A stretch of DNA of 51,351 nt from an uncultured bacterium (GTDB lineage: Bacteria; Lernaellota; Lernaellaia; Lernaellales; Lernaellaceae). The stretch lies in contig CAZHPN010000017.1 in the NCBI GenBank assembly GCA_964534375.1, positions 1 to 51,351 on the forward strand, in the 5' to 3' direction. Each line of letters opens with the position of its first letter. Position 1 is the first letter of the stretch. A program made the position numbers and the translations under genes. This document shows positions 28,022 through 37,295 of the stretch, piece by piece. The notes beneath the pieces were generated by a model, which saw only the letters and a list, made by a program, of their open reading frames with translations, did no database searches and was not told where the DNA came from.

Positions 28022-29755
28022 TCAATCAGGTCGATCTTCTTCCGGAATCACCACATCCCTAGCCCGCAGTTGGATGTGCTCGACGCCCCCGAAGTTATTG
28101 AACTCGGGACAGAAGGCGAGGTCGATGCGGCTGCCGATTTTCTCGCAGGCGTCGGCGCGGCCGTAGGCGATGACGGCGATCGCCGAACGGCCCCAGGGCA
28201 GGCGCAGCTTCAGGTGGTCGGTCCCGACGATCTGCTTGGCGAGGACGCGCACGTCGCGCGCCGCGAGCACCGGTTCGGAGTTGCCGAAGCCGAACGGCGC
28301 GAGGCGGCTGAGTTCGCGCACGAGACGCTCGTCGATGTCGTCGATGCCGCACACGGCGTCGATGCGCTGCTTCGGCGCGAGGTCGTCGGCCTTGAGCCGT
28401 CTGCGGGCGTATTGGTCGAAGGCCTTGGCGAAGTCGACGATCTTGTCCGAGCGGATTTGGATGCCGGCCGCCTGGGCGTGGCCGCCGAAACCCTCGAGGT
28501 GCTCGGCGCACGCGTTGATGGCCTCGTACAGGTTGAAATCGGGGATCGAGCGGCCGGAGCCGCGGCCGACTTCCTCGCCGGCGGCGATCAAGATGGTCGG
28601 GCGATGGAAGACGTCAACCAAGCGGCTGGCGACGATGCCGATCACGCCGGGGTGCCATTCGGGGTGCGCCAAGACAATCGTCTGCAGGCGTTCGCGACGC
28701 GTGATTTTCGCGATCATCCGTTGCGCTTCGGCGAAGATAGCGCCCTCGATGGCCTGGCGCTTGGCGTTTTCCTCGTGCAACTGCCGGGCGATCTGCCCCG
28801 CTTCGTGCGCGTCGCCGGTCAACAGCAGCCGCACGCCGACGCCGGCGTCGCCCAGGCGGCCCGCCGCGTTGATCCGCGGGGCCAGCCGAAAACCGATGTC
28901 GCCGCCGGTTGCGCGGCCGGTTACGCCCGCCACCTTTTTCAGCGCCGCCAAGCCCGGCCGGCGGTCCTCGTCGATCAGCGCCAGGCCGTGATAGACGAGA
29001 ATGCGATTGACCCCGACCAGCGGCACGATGTCGGCGACCGTGCCCAGCGCGGTCAAATCGAGCAGATTTTTCAGATCGTATTCCGCGGCGGCGGACGAAC
29101 CGCGGCGCTCCAACTCCTGCCGCACCGCCGCGGCGACGAAAAACGCCACGCCGACGCCGGCCAGCCTCTCCTCGTGAAACCCGCACTCGGGCCGGTGCGG
29201 GTTGACCACGGCCAGCGCCGGCGGCAACCCGCCGGCGATCTCGTGGTGGTCGGTGATGATGACTTCCATCCCGAGTTCGTTGGCGGCGCGCACCGCTTCG
29301 TGATCGTTGACGCCGCAATCGACGGTGAGCAGCAGCTTGCAGCCGCGCGCCGCCAGCTCCCGCGCCGACTCGGCGGCGAAGCCGTAGCCGTGTTCGAAGC
29401 GGCTCGGGATATACGCCGCGGCCGACCCGCCCATCGCCCCGAGAAACTCGACGAGCAACGCGGCCGCCGTGACGCCGTCGGCGTCGTAGTCGCCGTGCAC
29501 GGCGATCGGCTCGCCGTCGGCGACGGCGTCGGCGACGCGGCGCGCCGCGCGTTCGGCGTCGCACAATTTTTTCGGCAAGGGGAGATCGGACAGACGGGGC
29601 CGCAGGAAGCGCTTCACGGCGGCGGGTTCGCGCCAGTCGCGCGCGACCAGCACCCGGGCGGTGATCGGCCCGACTTCGAGTTCGTCCATCAGCCGGCGCT
29701 CGGCCAGCGGCTCACCGGCGGCGACGATCCAACGTTTGCGGGCCGGCGACGGCAA
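28022..29755 (-). CDS. recJ: Single-stranded-DNA-specific exonuclease RecJ
   Basis: HGDYDADG, TVDCG, ITDHH, GTVADIVPL, APRINAAGRL, GSGRS, FGGHAQAAG. Confidence 0.96.
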   Translation of the reverse strand: MPSPARKRWIVAAGEPLAERRLMDELEVGPITARVLVARDWREPAAVKRFLRPRLSDLPLPKKLCDAERAARRVADAVADGEPIAVHGDYDADGVTAAALLVEFLGAMGGSAAAYIPSRFEHGYGFAAESARELAARGCKLLLTVDCGVNDHEAVRAANELGMEVIITDHHEIAGGLPPALAVVNPHRPECGFHEERLAGVGVAFFVAAAVRQELERRGSSAAAEYDLKNLLDLTALGTVADIVPLVGVNRILVYHGLALIDEDRRPGLAALKKVAGVTGRATGGDIGFRLAPRINAAGRLGDAGVGVRLLLTGDAHEAGQIARQLHEENAKRQAIEGAIFAEAQRMIAKITRRERLQTIVLAHPEWHPGVIGIVASRLVDVFHRPTILIAAGEEVGRGSGRSIPDFNLYEAINACAEHLEGFGGHAQAAGIQIRSDKIVDFAKAFDQYARRRLKADDLAPKQRIDAVCGIDDIDERLVRELSRLAPFGFGNSEPVLAARDVRVLAKQIVGTDHLKLRLPWGRSAIAVIAYGRADACEKIGSRIDLAFCPEFNNFGGVEHIQLRARDVVIPEEDRPD

Positions 29756-29761
29756 CTTTCG

Positions 29762-30748
29762 TCAGCGGGCGGCGCGCCGGGCCTTGCGGCGCGACGCGAA
29801 CAACTCGTCGGCCCAGACGTACAACGGGCTGGCGATGAAGATCGAAGAGTAGGTGCCGATGATGATGCCGAAGGTCATCGCCAGCGAAAAATCGAACAGC
29901 GTTTCGCCGCCAAGGAACAGCATCGCCAGCACCGCGAGCATCGTCACGCCCGAGGTGAGGATCGTGCGGCTGAGCGTCTCGTTGATCGACTTGTTGATCG
30001 CCTCGCGCAACGGCAGCGTGCGGTACTTGCCGCGCCGGCCTTCGCGGATGCGGTCGAAGATGACGATCGTGTCGTTCGTGGAATAGCCGGCGATGGTCAG
30101 CAGCGCGGCAACCGCCGTCAGGTTGATTTCGCGTTGCAGGATGGCGAAGAGGCCGGCGGTGATGATTACGTCGTGGGCCGTGGCGATGACCGCGCCCTGG
30201 CCGTATTTGAAGTCGAACCGGAAGCCGATGTAGACGAGGATGCCGCCCAAGGCGCCGACGACCGCGAGAATTCCCGCTTTGCGCAGCGTGTGGCCGACGC
30301 GCGGGCCGACCATGTCGGTGGACACGATCTCGACGTTGCCTTTGCCGTACCGGCCCTCGAGGTACTCGAGCAGCTTCGACGAAAGGTCGTGCAACGCCAC
30401 GTCGCCGCCGGCGCGGGCGACGCGCTCTTCGCCTTTGGCCTTGATCGCGTACACGTTCTTGCCGGGGATGACGAAGTCGTTGACCTCCAGATCCTGCAGG
30501 TTCAGCGCCTTAGGCAATTCGTCCATCGCCTTGCGCACGTCGGCGATCTTCACGTTCTGCGCCGCGCCTTTGAACTCGACGCGCATTTCCAGGCCGCCGG
30601 CGAAGTCGATGCCCCAGTTGAAGCCCTTGGTGAACATCCACACGAGCGAGATGATCGCCAGCGTGACCGTAAACGGCACCACGTATTTCGCGTGGCCCAT
30701 GAAATCTATCTTCGTTCCCTGCGGAATGATTTCGCGAAATTTGTGCAT
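29762..30748 (-). CDS. secF: Protein translocase subunit SecF
   Basis: GIDFAGG, VGPRVG, HDV, GYSTNDTIVIFDRIRE, TLSRTILTS, GTYSSIFIA. Confidence 0.97.
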   Translation of the reverse strand: MHKFREIIPQGTKIDFMGHAKYVVPFTVTLAIISLVWMFTKGFNWGIDFAGGLEMRVEFKGAAQNVKIADVRKAMDELPKALNLQDLEVNDFVIPGKNVYAIKAKGEERVARAGGDVALHDLSSKLLEYLEGRYGKGNVEIVSTDMVGPRVGHTLRKAGILAVVGALGGILVYIGFRFDFKYGQGAVIATAHDVIITAGLFAILQREINLTAVAALLTIAGYSTNDTIVIFDRIREGRRGKYRTLPLREAINKSINETLSRTILTSGVTMLAVLAMLFLGGETLFDFSLAMTFGIIIGTYSSIFIASPLYVWADELFASRRKARRAAR

Positions 30749-30763
30749 TTCCGAATCCTTGTG

Positions 30764-32353
30764 CTAGATGCTCAGTGTGTCGCGGCTGCGCGCCGCCAGG
30801 CGGTCGGCGATGACGCGCGTAATGACGATCGCCGTGAACACGCTCGAAATCAGGCCGATGATCAACGTGACGCCGAAGCCCTTCACCGGGCCCGTGCCGA
30901 ATTCATACAGGAACGCCGCGGCGATCAGGCCCGTCGCGTGCGAGTCGAGAATCGTCCACAAAGCGCGGTCGTAGCCGACGCGCACCGCCGCCGGCGGCGA
31001 TTTGCCCAGGCGCAGTTCTTCGCGCACGCGTTCGTTGATGATCACGTTGGCGTCGACCGCCATGCCGACGGTTAAGATGATGCCGGCGATGCCGGGCATG
31101 GTCAGCGTGGCGCCGAGGGCCGCCATGCCGCCCAGCACCATCGCCACGTTCAGCACCAGCGCGAGGTTGGCCGAGAAGCCGATCGTGCGGTAGTACAAGG
31201 CCATGAAGAACACGACGGCGAGGCCGCCGACGATGAAGCTGACGGTGCCGCGATGGATCGAATCTTCGCCGAGCGTCGCGCCGACGGTCCGCTCTTCCTC
31301 GATGCGCACCGGCACCGGCAACGCGCCGGCCCGCAGCACGATCGCCAGGTCCTGCGCATCCTCGGGGGTGAAACTGCCGGTGATCTGCCCGCGGCTGCTG
31401 ATTCGCGAGTTGATGACCGGCGCGCTGTAAATCTGGTTGTCGAGCACGATCGCCAGTTGCTTGCCGATGTTGGCGCCGGTCAATTCGCCGAACTTCCGCG
31501 CGCCTTCCTGATTGAACTGGAATTCGACTTCCGGCTCCTGGTATTGGCCGAAGCCCATGCGGGCGTCGGTCAAATACGAGCCGGCGAAATCAGGAGTCTT
31601 GCGCAGCAGACAATAGCCGCTTTCGTCGCTCGAGGATTTCTTGGCGACGCGCGCATACGTGGCGTAGCCCTCGGGGGGCTGCCCGCCGTAAGGCCGCAGC
31701 AGTTCGTCTTTCGTCGGGCCGCAAATCGCCTTGTCGGTGAGCAGTTTGAATTCGAGCACCGCGGTGCGGCCGATCAGTTGCTTGGCGCGGCCCGGATCGA
31801 CCACGCCCGGCAGCCGCACGATGATCTGCTCGCCGCCCGAGGTGTAGATTTCCGGCTCGGCGACGCCGAACTCGTTGATGCGGTTGTCGATCATCTGCCG
31901 CGCCTGCTTCAGCGCGTTCTCGCGGATGCCCGCGATGACTTCCTTTTGCATGCCCAGCGCCAGCGCCGGCCCGCCGGCCGAGCGGGTGTCTTCAATGGTG
32001 AACTGCTTCCACTGCGCTTCGAGAATCGTCCGCGCCTTGTTGCGATCGTTTTCGTCGTTGAACTCGACGATCAGCTTGTCGGCCGTGTCGCTGACGTAGG
32101 CCTTTTTCAGCGTGACGCTCTCTTCCTTCAGCTTGTCCGGCAATTCCTGCTGGCCGATGCGGCCCAGTTCGTCGCGGACAGCTTTGTCCACTTCGACCTG
32201 CAGCACGATCTGCATACCGCCGCGCAGATCAAGACCCAAATTGATCTTGTGCGACGGGAACCACGAAACTTCTTTGCCGGTGATCGTGGGAATCAGCAGC
32301 AGCCCGCTGATGACCGCCACGACGACGATGATCAGGATCTTTGTGTCTTTCAT
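30764..32353 (-). CDS. secD: Protein translocase subunit SecD
   Basis: NLGLDLRGG, RINEFGVAEP, AIVLD, LRAGALP, GMAVDANVII, GTGPVKGF. Confidence 0.97.
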   Translation of the reverse strand: MKDTKILIIVVVAVISGLLLIPTITGKEVSWFPSHKINLGLDLRGGMQIVLQVEVDKAVRDELGRIGQQELPDKLKEESVTLKKAYVSDTADKLIVEFNDENDRNKARTILEAQWKQFTIEDTRSAGGPALALGMQKEVIAGIRENALKQARQMIDNRINEFGVAEPEIYTSGGEQIIVRLPGVVDPGRAKQLIGRTAVLEFKLLTDKAICGPTKDELLRPYGGQPPEGYATYARVAKKSSSDESGYCLLRKTPDFAGSYLTDARMGFGQYQEPEVEFQFNQEGARKFGELTGANIGKQLAIVLDNQIYSAPVINSRISSRGQITGSFTPEDAQDLAIVLRAGALPVPVRIEEERTVGATLGEDSIHRGTVSFIVGGLAVVFFMALYYRTIGFSANLALVLNVAMVLGGMAALGATLTMPGIAGIILTVGMAVDANVIINERVREELRLGKSPPAAVRVGYDRALWTILDSHATGLIAAAFLYEFGTGPVKGFGVTLIIGLISSVFTAIVITRVIADRLAARSRDTLSI

Positions 32354-32385
32354 AACTTCCTACCCGTGACGCGTGGAAAACGCGA

Positions 32386-32736
32386 CTACTCTTCTTCTTT
32401 GCTGGCGTCGACCGAATGTTTGCCGGCGATCTGCGCCTTGAGCACGCGGATGCGCACGTTCTGCGCGATCTCGAGCACCACGAGCTTGTCCGTGACGCTG
32501 TGGATCTTGCCGATGATGCCGCCCGTGGTGGCCACCTCGTCGCCCCGTTTGAGCTCGTTGATCATCGCCTGATGGTCTTTTTGCCGCTTCGACTGCGGCC
32601 GGATCAGGAAAAAGTAGAAAATAACGGCCATCAGGCCGAACAGCATGATTGTGCTGTAGACATCCTGGGGTTTGCCGCCGCCGGCCCCGCCGCCGCCGCC
32701 GAGTTGGCCCGCGGCGTTCGCAATGCTCGCCCACAT
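32386..32736 (-). CDS. yajC: Preprotein translocase subunit YajC
   Basis: FYFFLIRPQSKRQK..LKRGDEVATTGGIIGKI; between tgt and secD. Confidence 0.95.
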   Translation of the reverse strand: MWASIANAAGQLGGGGGAGGGKPQDVYSTIMLFGLMAVIFYFFLIRPQSKRQKDHQAMINELKRGDEVATTGGIIGKIHSVTDKLVVLEIAQNVRIRVLKAQIAGKHSVDASKEEE

Positions 32737-32752
32737 GTTCGAGTCCTTTCGG

Positions 32753-33874
32753 TTATTCGCTGCTCGCCAGTTTTTCGCGAAACGCGGCATGATAGTCAAA
32801 GAACGCGCCGTTGGCAATCGCCCGCCGCGCCGCCGCCATCATCGCGAAATAAAAGGAAAGATTGTGAATGGTCAGCAGGCGCAGCGCCGACGGCTCGCCG
32901 GCGAGAAACAGGTGCCGCAGGTAGGCGCGGCTGTGGCGCGCGCAGGTCGGGCAGGCGCATTCGGCGTCGAGCGGCCGCGCGTCGGTCTTGTGGCAGGCGT
33001 TGCGGATGTTCAGCCGGCCGGCGCTCGTATAGATCGTGCCGGTGCGGGCGTTGCGCGTCGGCATGACGCAATCGAACATGTCGACGCCGAACGAGATCAT
33101 CTCCAGGATGTCTTCCGGGTGGCCGACGCCCATCACATAGCGCGGCTTTTCCGCCGGCAGCAGCGGCGCGGCGAAGGCGGCGATGTGCATCATCTGCGGC
33201 TTGCTCTCGCCGACCGACAGGCCGCCCAGCGCGTAGCCGTCCAAGTCGAGCGCGGTCGTCTGCTCGACGCTCCAGCGCCGCAGTTCTTCGCTCATGCCGC
33301 CCTGCACGATGCCGAACAGCGCCTGGTCGCCGCGGGTCTTGGCGCCGAGGCACCGCCGCGTCCAGCGCACCGTGCGTTCCGTCGACTGGCGGACGTATTC
33401 GTCCTCCGCCGGGTACGGAATGCATTCGTCGAAGGCCATGATGATGTCGGCGCCCAGCGCCTCCTGCACTTCGATCGACAATTCGGGCGTGAACATGTGC
33501 CGCGTGCCGTCGATGTGGCTCGCGAACCGCACGCCTTCCTCGGTGATCTTGCGAAAATCGCCGAGCGAGAAGACCTGAAAGCCGCCGGAATCCGTAAGGT
33601 ACGGCTTGGCGCGGCCGGTGAACCCGTGCAGGCCGCCCAGATCGCGCACCACGTCGTGGCCCGGGCGCAGAAACAGATGATAGGTGTTGGCCAGCACGAG
33701 CTGCGCGCCGAGTTCGTCGAGGTCGCGGTTGTCGAGCGTCTTGACCGAACCCGCGGTGCCGACCGGCATGAACGCCGGCGTGTCCGCCTCGCCGTGCGGC
33801 GTGCGGATGCGGCCCCGGCGCGCGGCCGTCTTGCCGTCCGTCGCCAGTACATCGAATTGAAAAGCGGTCGTCAT
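32753..33874 (-). CDS. tgt: tRNA-guanine transglycosylase
   Basis: TPAFMPVGT, NTYHL, TDSGGFQVFSL, GIVQGG, GGLSVGE, DMFDCVMPTRNAR, zinc site CACPTC. Confidence 0.98.
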   Translation of the reverse strand: MTTAFQFDVLATDGKTAARRGRIRTPHGEADTPAFMPVGTAGSVKTLDNRDLDELGAQLVLANTYHLFLRPGHDVVRDLGGLHGFTGRAKPYLTDSGGFQVFSLGDFRKITEEGVRFASHIDGTRHMFTPELSIEVQEALGADIIMAFDECIPYPAEDEYVRQSTERTVRWTRRCLGAKTRGDQALFGIVQGGMSEELRRWSVEQTTALDLDGYALGGLSVGESKPQMMHIAAFAAPLLPAEKPRYVMGVGHPEDILEMISFGVDMFDCVMPTRNARTGTIYTSAGRLNIRNACHKTDARPLDAECACPTCARHSRAYLRHLFLAGEPSALRLLTIHNLSFYFAMMAAARRAIANGAFFDYHAAFREKLASSE

Positions 33875-33879
33875 CGCCT

Positions 33880-33935
33880 GTGCACTGCTCGCCGTTCACT
33901 GTTCACTGTTCGTTGTTCATTGTTCACTGTTCGCC
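33880..33935. repeat. Heptamer tandem repeat (GTTCACT-like, about 8 units)
   Basis: gtgcact gctcgcc gttcact gttcact gttcgtt gttcatt gttcact gttcgcc between queA and tgt. Confidence 0.8.
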
Positions 33936-34997
33936 GCGTTCGATCCAGCACGCGTCGCCGTAACTGAAAAACCGATAGCGTTCCGCGACCGCCTCGCGAT
34001 AGGCGGCCAGCATGCGGTCGGTTCCGGCGAGGGCGCACACCAGCACCAGCAACGTGCTTTTTGGCAAATGGAAGTTCGTGACCAGCGCATCGACCACGCG
34101 CCAGCGATGGCCCGGCTTGATGAACAGCCGCGTCTCGCCGCGCCCGGCCGGCGCCCGGCCGTCGGCGCCGCCGAGCGTTTCCAGGACGCGCGCGGCCGTA
34201 GTGCCGACCGCCACGACGCGGCCCCCGCGCGTGCGGCAAGCGTCGATCGCCGCGCCGGTCGCCGGCGGCAGATCGAACCATTCGGCGTGCATGACGTGCG
34301 CGTCGAGGTCGTCGGTGCGAATCGGCAAAAACGTGCCGGCGCCGACCAGCAGCGTCAGGTCGGCGACGGCGATCCCCTTTTTCGCAATGGCGGCGAACGT
34401 GTCGTCGGTGAAATGCAGGCCGGCCGTCGGCGCGGCGACGGCGCCGGGAACCCGCGCGTAAATCGTCTGGTAGCGCTCGGCGTCGGCGGCGAGCGTCGCG
34501 GGGTCGGTCCGCTCGTTGCGCCGGACATACGGCGGCAAGGGCATCCGCCCCTCGCGTTCGAGCAATTGGGGAAAATCGGCCGCCGCGACCGAAAAGGCAA
34601 CGACTACTTCGCCGTCGGGCAGTTTCGCCTCGACGCGCGCGGCCAGCGAACCGAATTCGAGCCCAATGCCCGGCCGCAGCGCCTTGCCCGGCTTCGCCAG
34701 CGCTCGCCAGCGGACGCCCGGGCCGGCCTCGGGGCGCAGGAGCAGCAGTTCCGCCCGCCCGCCGCCGGCGCGCCGGCCGATCAGCCGCGCCGGCAGCACC
34801 TTGGCGTTGTTGCGCACCAGCAAGTCGCCCGGGCGGAGCAACTCGGCGATGTCGGTGAAACGACGGTGCTCAATCGGACCGCCGCGCGGAATCACCAACA
34901 GCCGGCTTTCGTCGCGCCGCGGCGCGGGTTGCTGCGCGATCAGTTCCGGCGGCACCGCGTAAGCGAAATCGGCCAATTGGAGTTTCGCGTTGATCAT
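33924..34997 (-). CDS. queA: S-adenosylmethionine:tRNA ribosyltransferase-isomerase
   Basis: LIAQQP, KVLPARL, MPLPPY, YQTIYA, AAPTAGLHF, AVGTT, TNFHLPKSTL, YRFFSYGD; start approximate. Confidence 0.96.
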   Translation of the reverse strand: MINAKLQLADFAYAVPPELIAQQPAPRRDESRLLVIPRGGPIEHRRFTDIAELLRPGDLLVRNNAKVLPARLIGRRAGGGRAELLLLRPEAGPGVRWRALAKPGKALRPGIGLEFGSLAARVEAKLPDGEVVVAFSVAAADFPQLLEREGRMPLPPYVRRNERTDPATLAADAERYQTIYARVPGAVAAPTAGLHFTDDTFAAIAKKGIAVADLTLLVGAGTFLPIRTDDLDAHVMHAEWFDLPPATGAAIDACRTRGGRVVAVGTTAARVLETLGGADGRAPAGRGETRLFIKPGHRWRVVDALVTNFHLPKSTLLVLVCALAGTDRMLAAYREAVAERYRFFSYGDACWIERGEQ

Positions 34998-35241
34998 AAC
35001 GCGCCCGCTTACCATAAAGCGAAGGGGGCAACAAGGATGGCAGCGGGGTCGGGGCTCGGGATTCGAAAGTGATCCACGTTGTTTTCTCTGTCTCGTGCGC
35101 ATGTTTGTCGACGCCACGAGCAAATCGGCTCACGTCAATCCCGTTTACCTCTCGGTGGCTCGATTGCACCGACCGATCGCCCGCCTCCGCAGGCAACGGC
35201 GGTTCTTCGGTTTCTTGACCAAAGCGGCCGTTTCTTGCCTG

Positions 35242-36255
35242 TTATCCGATATCTCGTGATTCCAGCGGCGTGCGGTCCTCCGCCACCAGGCATGCTTTGC
35301 GGCAGTCCCGGAACGCCGGGTGCTCGCCGAGCCGCGCGTAAATTGTCGCCAACGATTCGCGCCGCAGATTGCCGTAGGAGCGGTGGATCACCGCGCAGGG
35401 CATTACATCGCCGTACGGCGTGATGTAGATTTTCTCGACGCCGGCCGGGCAGCCTTCGCCGAGCCAATTGGATGAGCCCTCCCACCGGACCCACGGCAGG
35501 CGCAGCAAATTGCGATATTCCGCGTAGGCGTCGGGCATCAGCGCCACGTCGCCGCCTTCCCACGCGCCGACGTCGTACGGCAGATTGAGCGTGAACGTGC
35601 AGCGCCAATCGCGCGCCACTTCGGCGGTCCGGCGGACCTCGCCGCCGAGCAGGCCCTCGTTGGTGGCGACGCACGTCAGCCAGACGTCGAGACCGCGGGC
35701 CTTGGCCTCGCGAACGGCGGCCGCGGTGCGCGCGAACGAACCCGGCTGACGGCGGAAAGCGTCGTGCGTCGCGGCCGTCGCGCCGTCGAGCGACAACACC
35801 AGCATCGCCAGGCCGCGCCCGGCCAACGCCGCGATCTTGGCCGCGTCCAGTTCGTAGCCGTTGGAGGCGAGGGTGACGATCAGTCGGGGCACGGTCGCCG
35901 CGTCGCCGACGATGTCGAGGATATCCGGCCGCAGACTCGCCTCGCCGCCGGTGAAATTGACGAACACGCCCCCGAGCCGCGCGATCTGCCGCACCGCATC
36001 CAGGATTTCCGCCCGCGACAACTCGGTCGCGGCTTCGTCGATCAGCTTGGTGCGCAGGCAGTGGCGGCAGTGCAAATTGCAGCGAAAGGTGATCGCAAAT
36101 TCGACGCCGCGCAGCACCCGCTCGCCGCGCCGCGCGCGCGCGTAGTTGACGGCCAGCTTCGGCCACAGCCGCCAATAACGCAGGCCGAGCCGCACATTTC
36201 GCCAGCCCGGCGTCGAGCGCCGGCGATCGTCGAATGCCGGGCGGAGGCCCGTCAC
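35242..36255 (-). CDS. Radical SAM protein with SPASM/twitch-like C-terminal domain
   Basis: CNLHCRHC, FTGGEA, SNG, SLDG, CPAG..ITPYGDVMPC; GTG start overlapping upstream stop. Confidence 0.88.
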   Translation of the reverse strand: MTGLRPAFDDRRRSTPGWRNVRLGLRYWRLWPKLAVNYARARRGERVLRGVEFAITFRCNLHCRHCLRTKLIDEAATELSRAEILDAVRQIARLGGVFVNFTGGEASLRPDILDIVGDAATVPRLIVTLASNGYELDAAKIAALAGRGLAMLVLSLDGATAATHDAFRRQPGSFARTAAAVREAKARGLDVWLTCVATNEGLLGGEVRRTAEVARDWRCTFTLNLPYDVGAWEGGDVALMPDAYAEYRNLLRLPWVRWEGSSNWLGEGCPAGVEKIYITPYGDVMPCAVIHRSYGNLRRESLATIYARLGEHPAFRDCRKACLVAEDRTPLESRDIG

Positions 36256-37295
36256 GGCGTTTTCCCCCGCAATTCCGGATGTTCCGCGCTGGGCAACGGA
36301 TGGACGTCTTGCTCGTACAGCGGCCGAATCCAGCGCGCCGCGAATGCTTCGTCCTGCGAAATCGGACAACCGTCGCGGATCGTGTTGAACGGTCCGGCCG
36401 CGAGCATCGCCAACCAGATTTCCGCCAGCGGCCGGTCTTGCAAATTGCCCCACGAAATATGGATAAACGGGCAGGGCATGACATCGCCGTACGGACTGAT
36501 ATACAGCTTCTCCAACCCCGCCGGGCAGCCTTCGCGACGGAAGTTGGAATGGCCCTCCCATCGCACGTGCGGCAGTTTCAATAGGCGGCGGTGCAGCGCC
36601 AGCGCCTCCGGCGAGAGCGCGATCTGCTTGTCCCACCAACGGCCGACGGGGCACGGCTTGTTGATCGTCAGAAAGATGCCGCGTTGCCCGGCCATTTCCA
36701 CCACGCGCAGCAGATCGCCGTTCTGCACGTTTTCCGGCGTCATCACCGTGCACCAGTACGGCTCGACGCCGGCCTCCGCGCAGAAACGCGTGGCGTCGAG
36801 GACCGCCTGATGGCAACCCGGATGGCCGCGAAAACGGTCGTGCGTTTCCGCGTCGGCGGAGTCGATGCTCAGCGTCACGATGCGCACGCCCCACGCGGCG
36901 AGGCGGCGGGCGGCGGCGCCGTCGACCAGCAAACCGTTGCTGGCCAGCGTCACCATCGCGCGCGTCGGCCGCGCGGCGCGCACGATGCGCTCCAGGTCGG
37001 GATGCAGCAGCGCCTCGCCGCCGGTCAGATTGATGTTCATCGCGCCGAGCCGCAGCAATTCGGCCAGCGCCGCGACGACGCGGTCGGTCGCCAGCGCCGG
37101 CCGCGCCGCGCCCTGCCGGAGAAACGCCGCCGAACAATGCCCGCAATGGCATTGGCATTCGTAATTCAGCGCGAACTCGACGCCCCGCAGCCGCGGCTGG
37201 CCGAGGGCAAAGATGCGAAAATAATTTTCCGCGGCGCGCCCGATGATGCCCGGGTGGCGCAGCGGATATTTCAGATGTTTGAAGACGCGGTTCAT
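36252..37295 (-). CDS. Radical SAM protein with SPASM/twitch-like C-terminal domain
   Basis: CQCHCGHC, LTGGEA, SNG, CPAG..ISPYGDVMPC; ATGA overlap. Confidence 0.9.
   Translation of the reverse strand: MNRVFKHLKYPLRHPGIIGRAAENYFRIFALGQPRLRGVEFALNYECQCHCGHCSAAFLRQGAARPALATDRVVAALAELLRLGAMNINLTGGEALLHPDLERIVRAARPTRAMVTLASNGLLVDGAAARRLAAWGVRIVTLSIDSADAETHDRFRGHPGCHQAVLDATRFCAEAGVEPYWCTVMTPENVQNGDLLRVVEMAGQRGIFLTINKPCPVGRWWDKQIALSPEALALHRRLLKLPHVRWEGHSNFRREGCPAGLEKLYISPYGDVMPCPFIHISWGNLQDRPLAEIWLAMLAAGPFNTIRDGCPISQDEAFAARWIRPLYEQDVHPLPSAEHPELRGKTP

Noticed and set aside
35039..35075. tRNA-like TTCGAATCCC...GCCA on the minus strand
   Set aside because: Wrong spacing to CCA, no T-stem or cloverleaf; explained by heptamer repeats
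36256..37158. Apparent 638-aa radical SAM ORF
   Set aside because: The first 300 codons overlap the upstream radical SAM gene; the real start is the GTG at 36255
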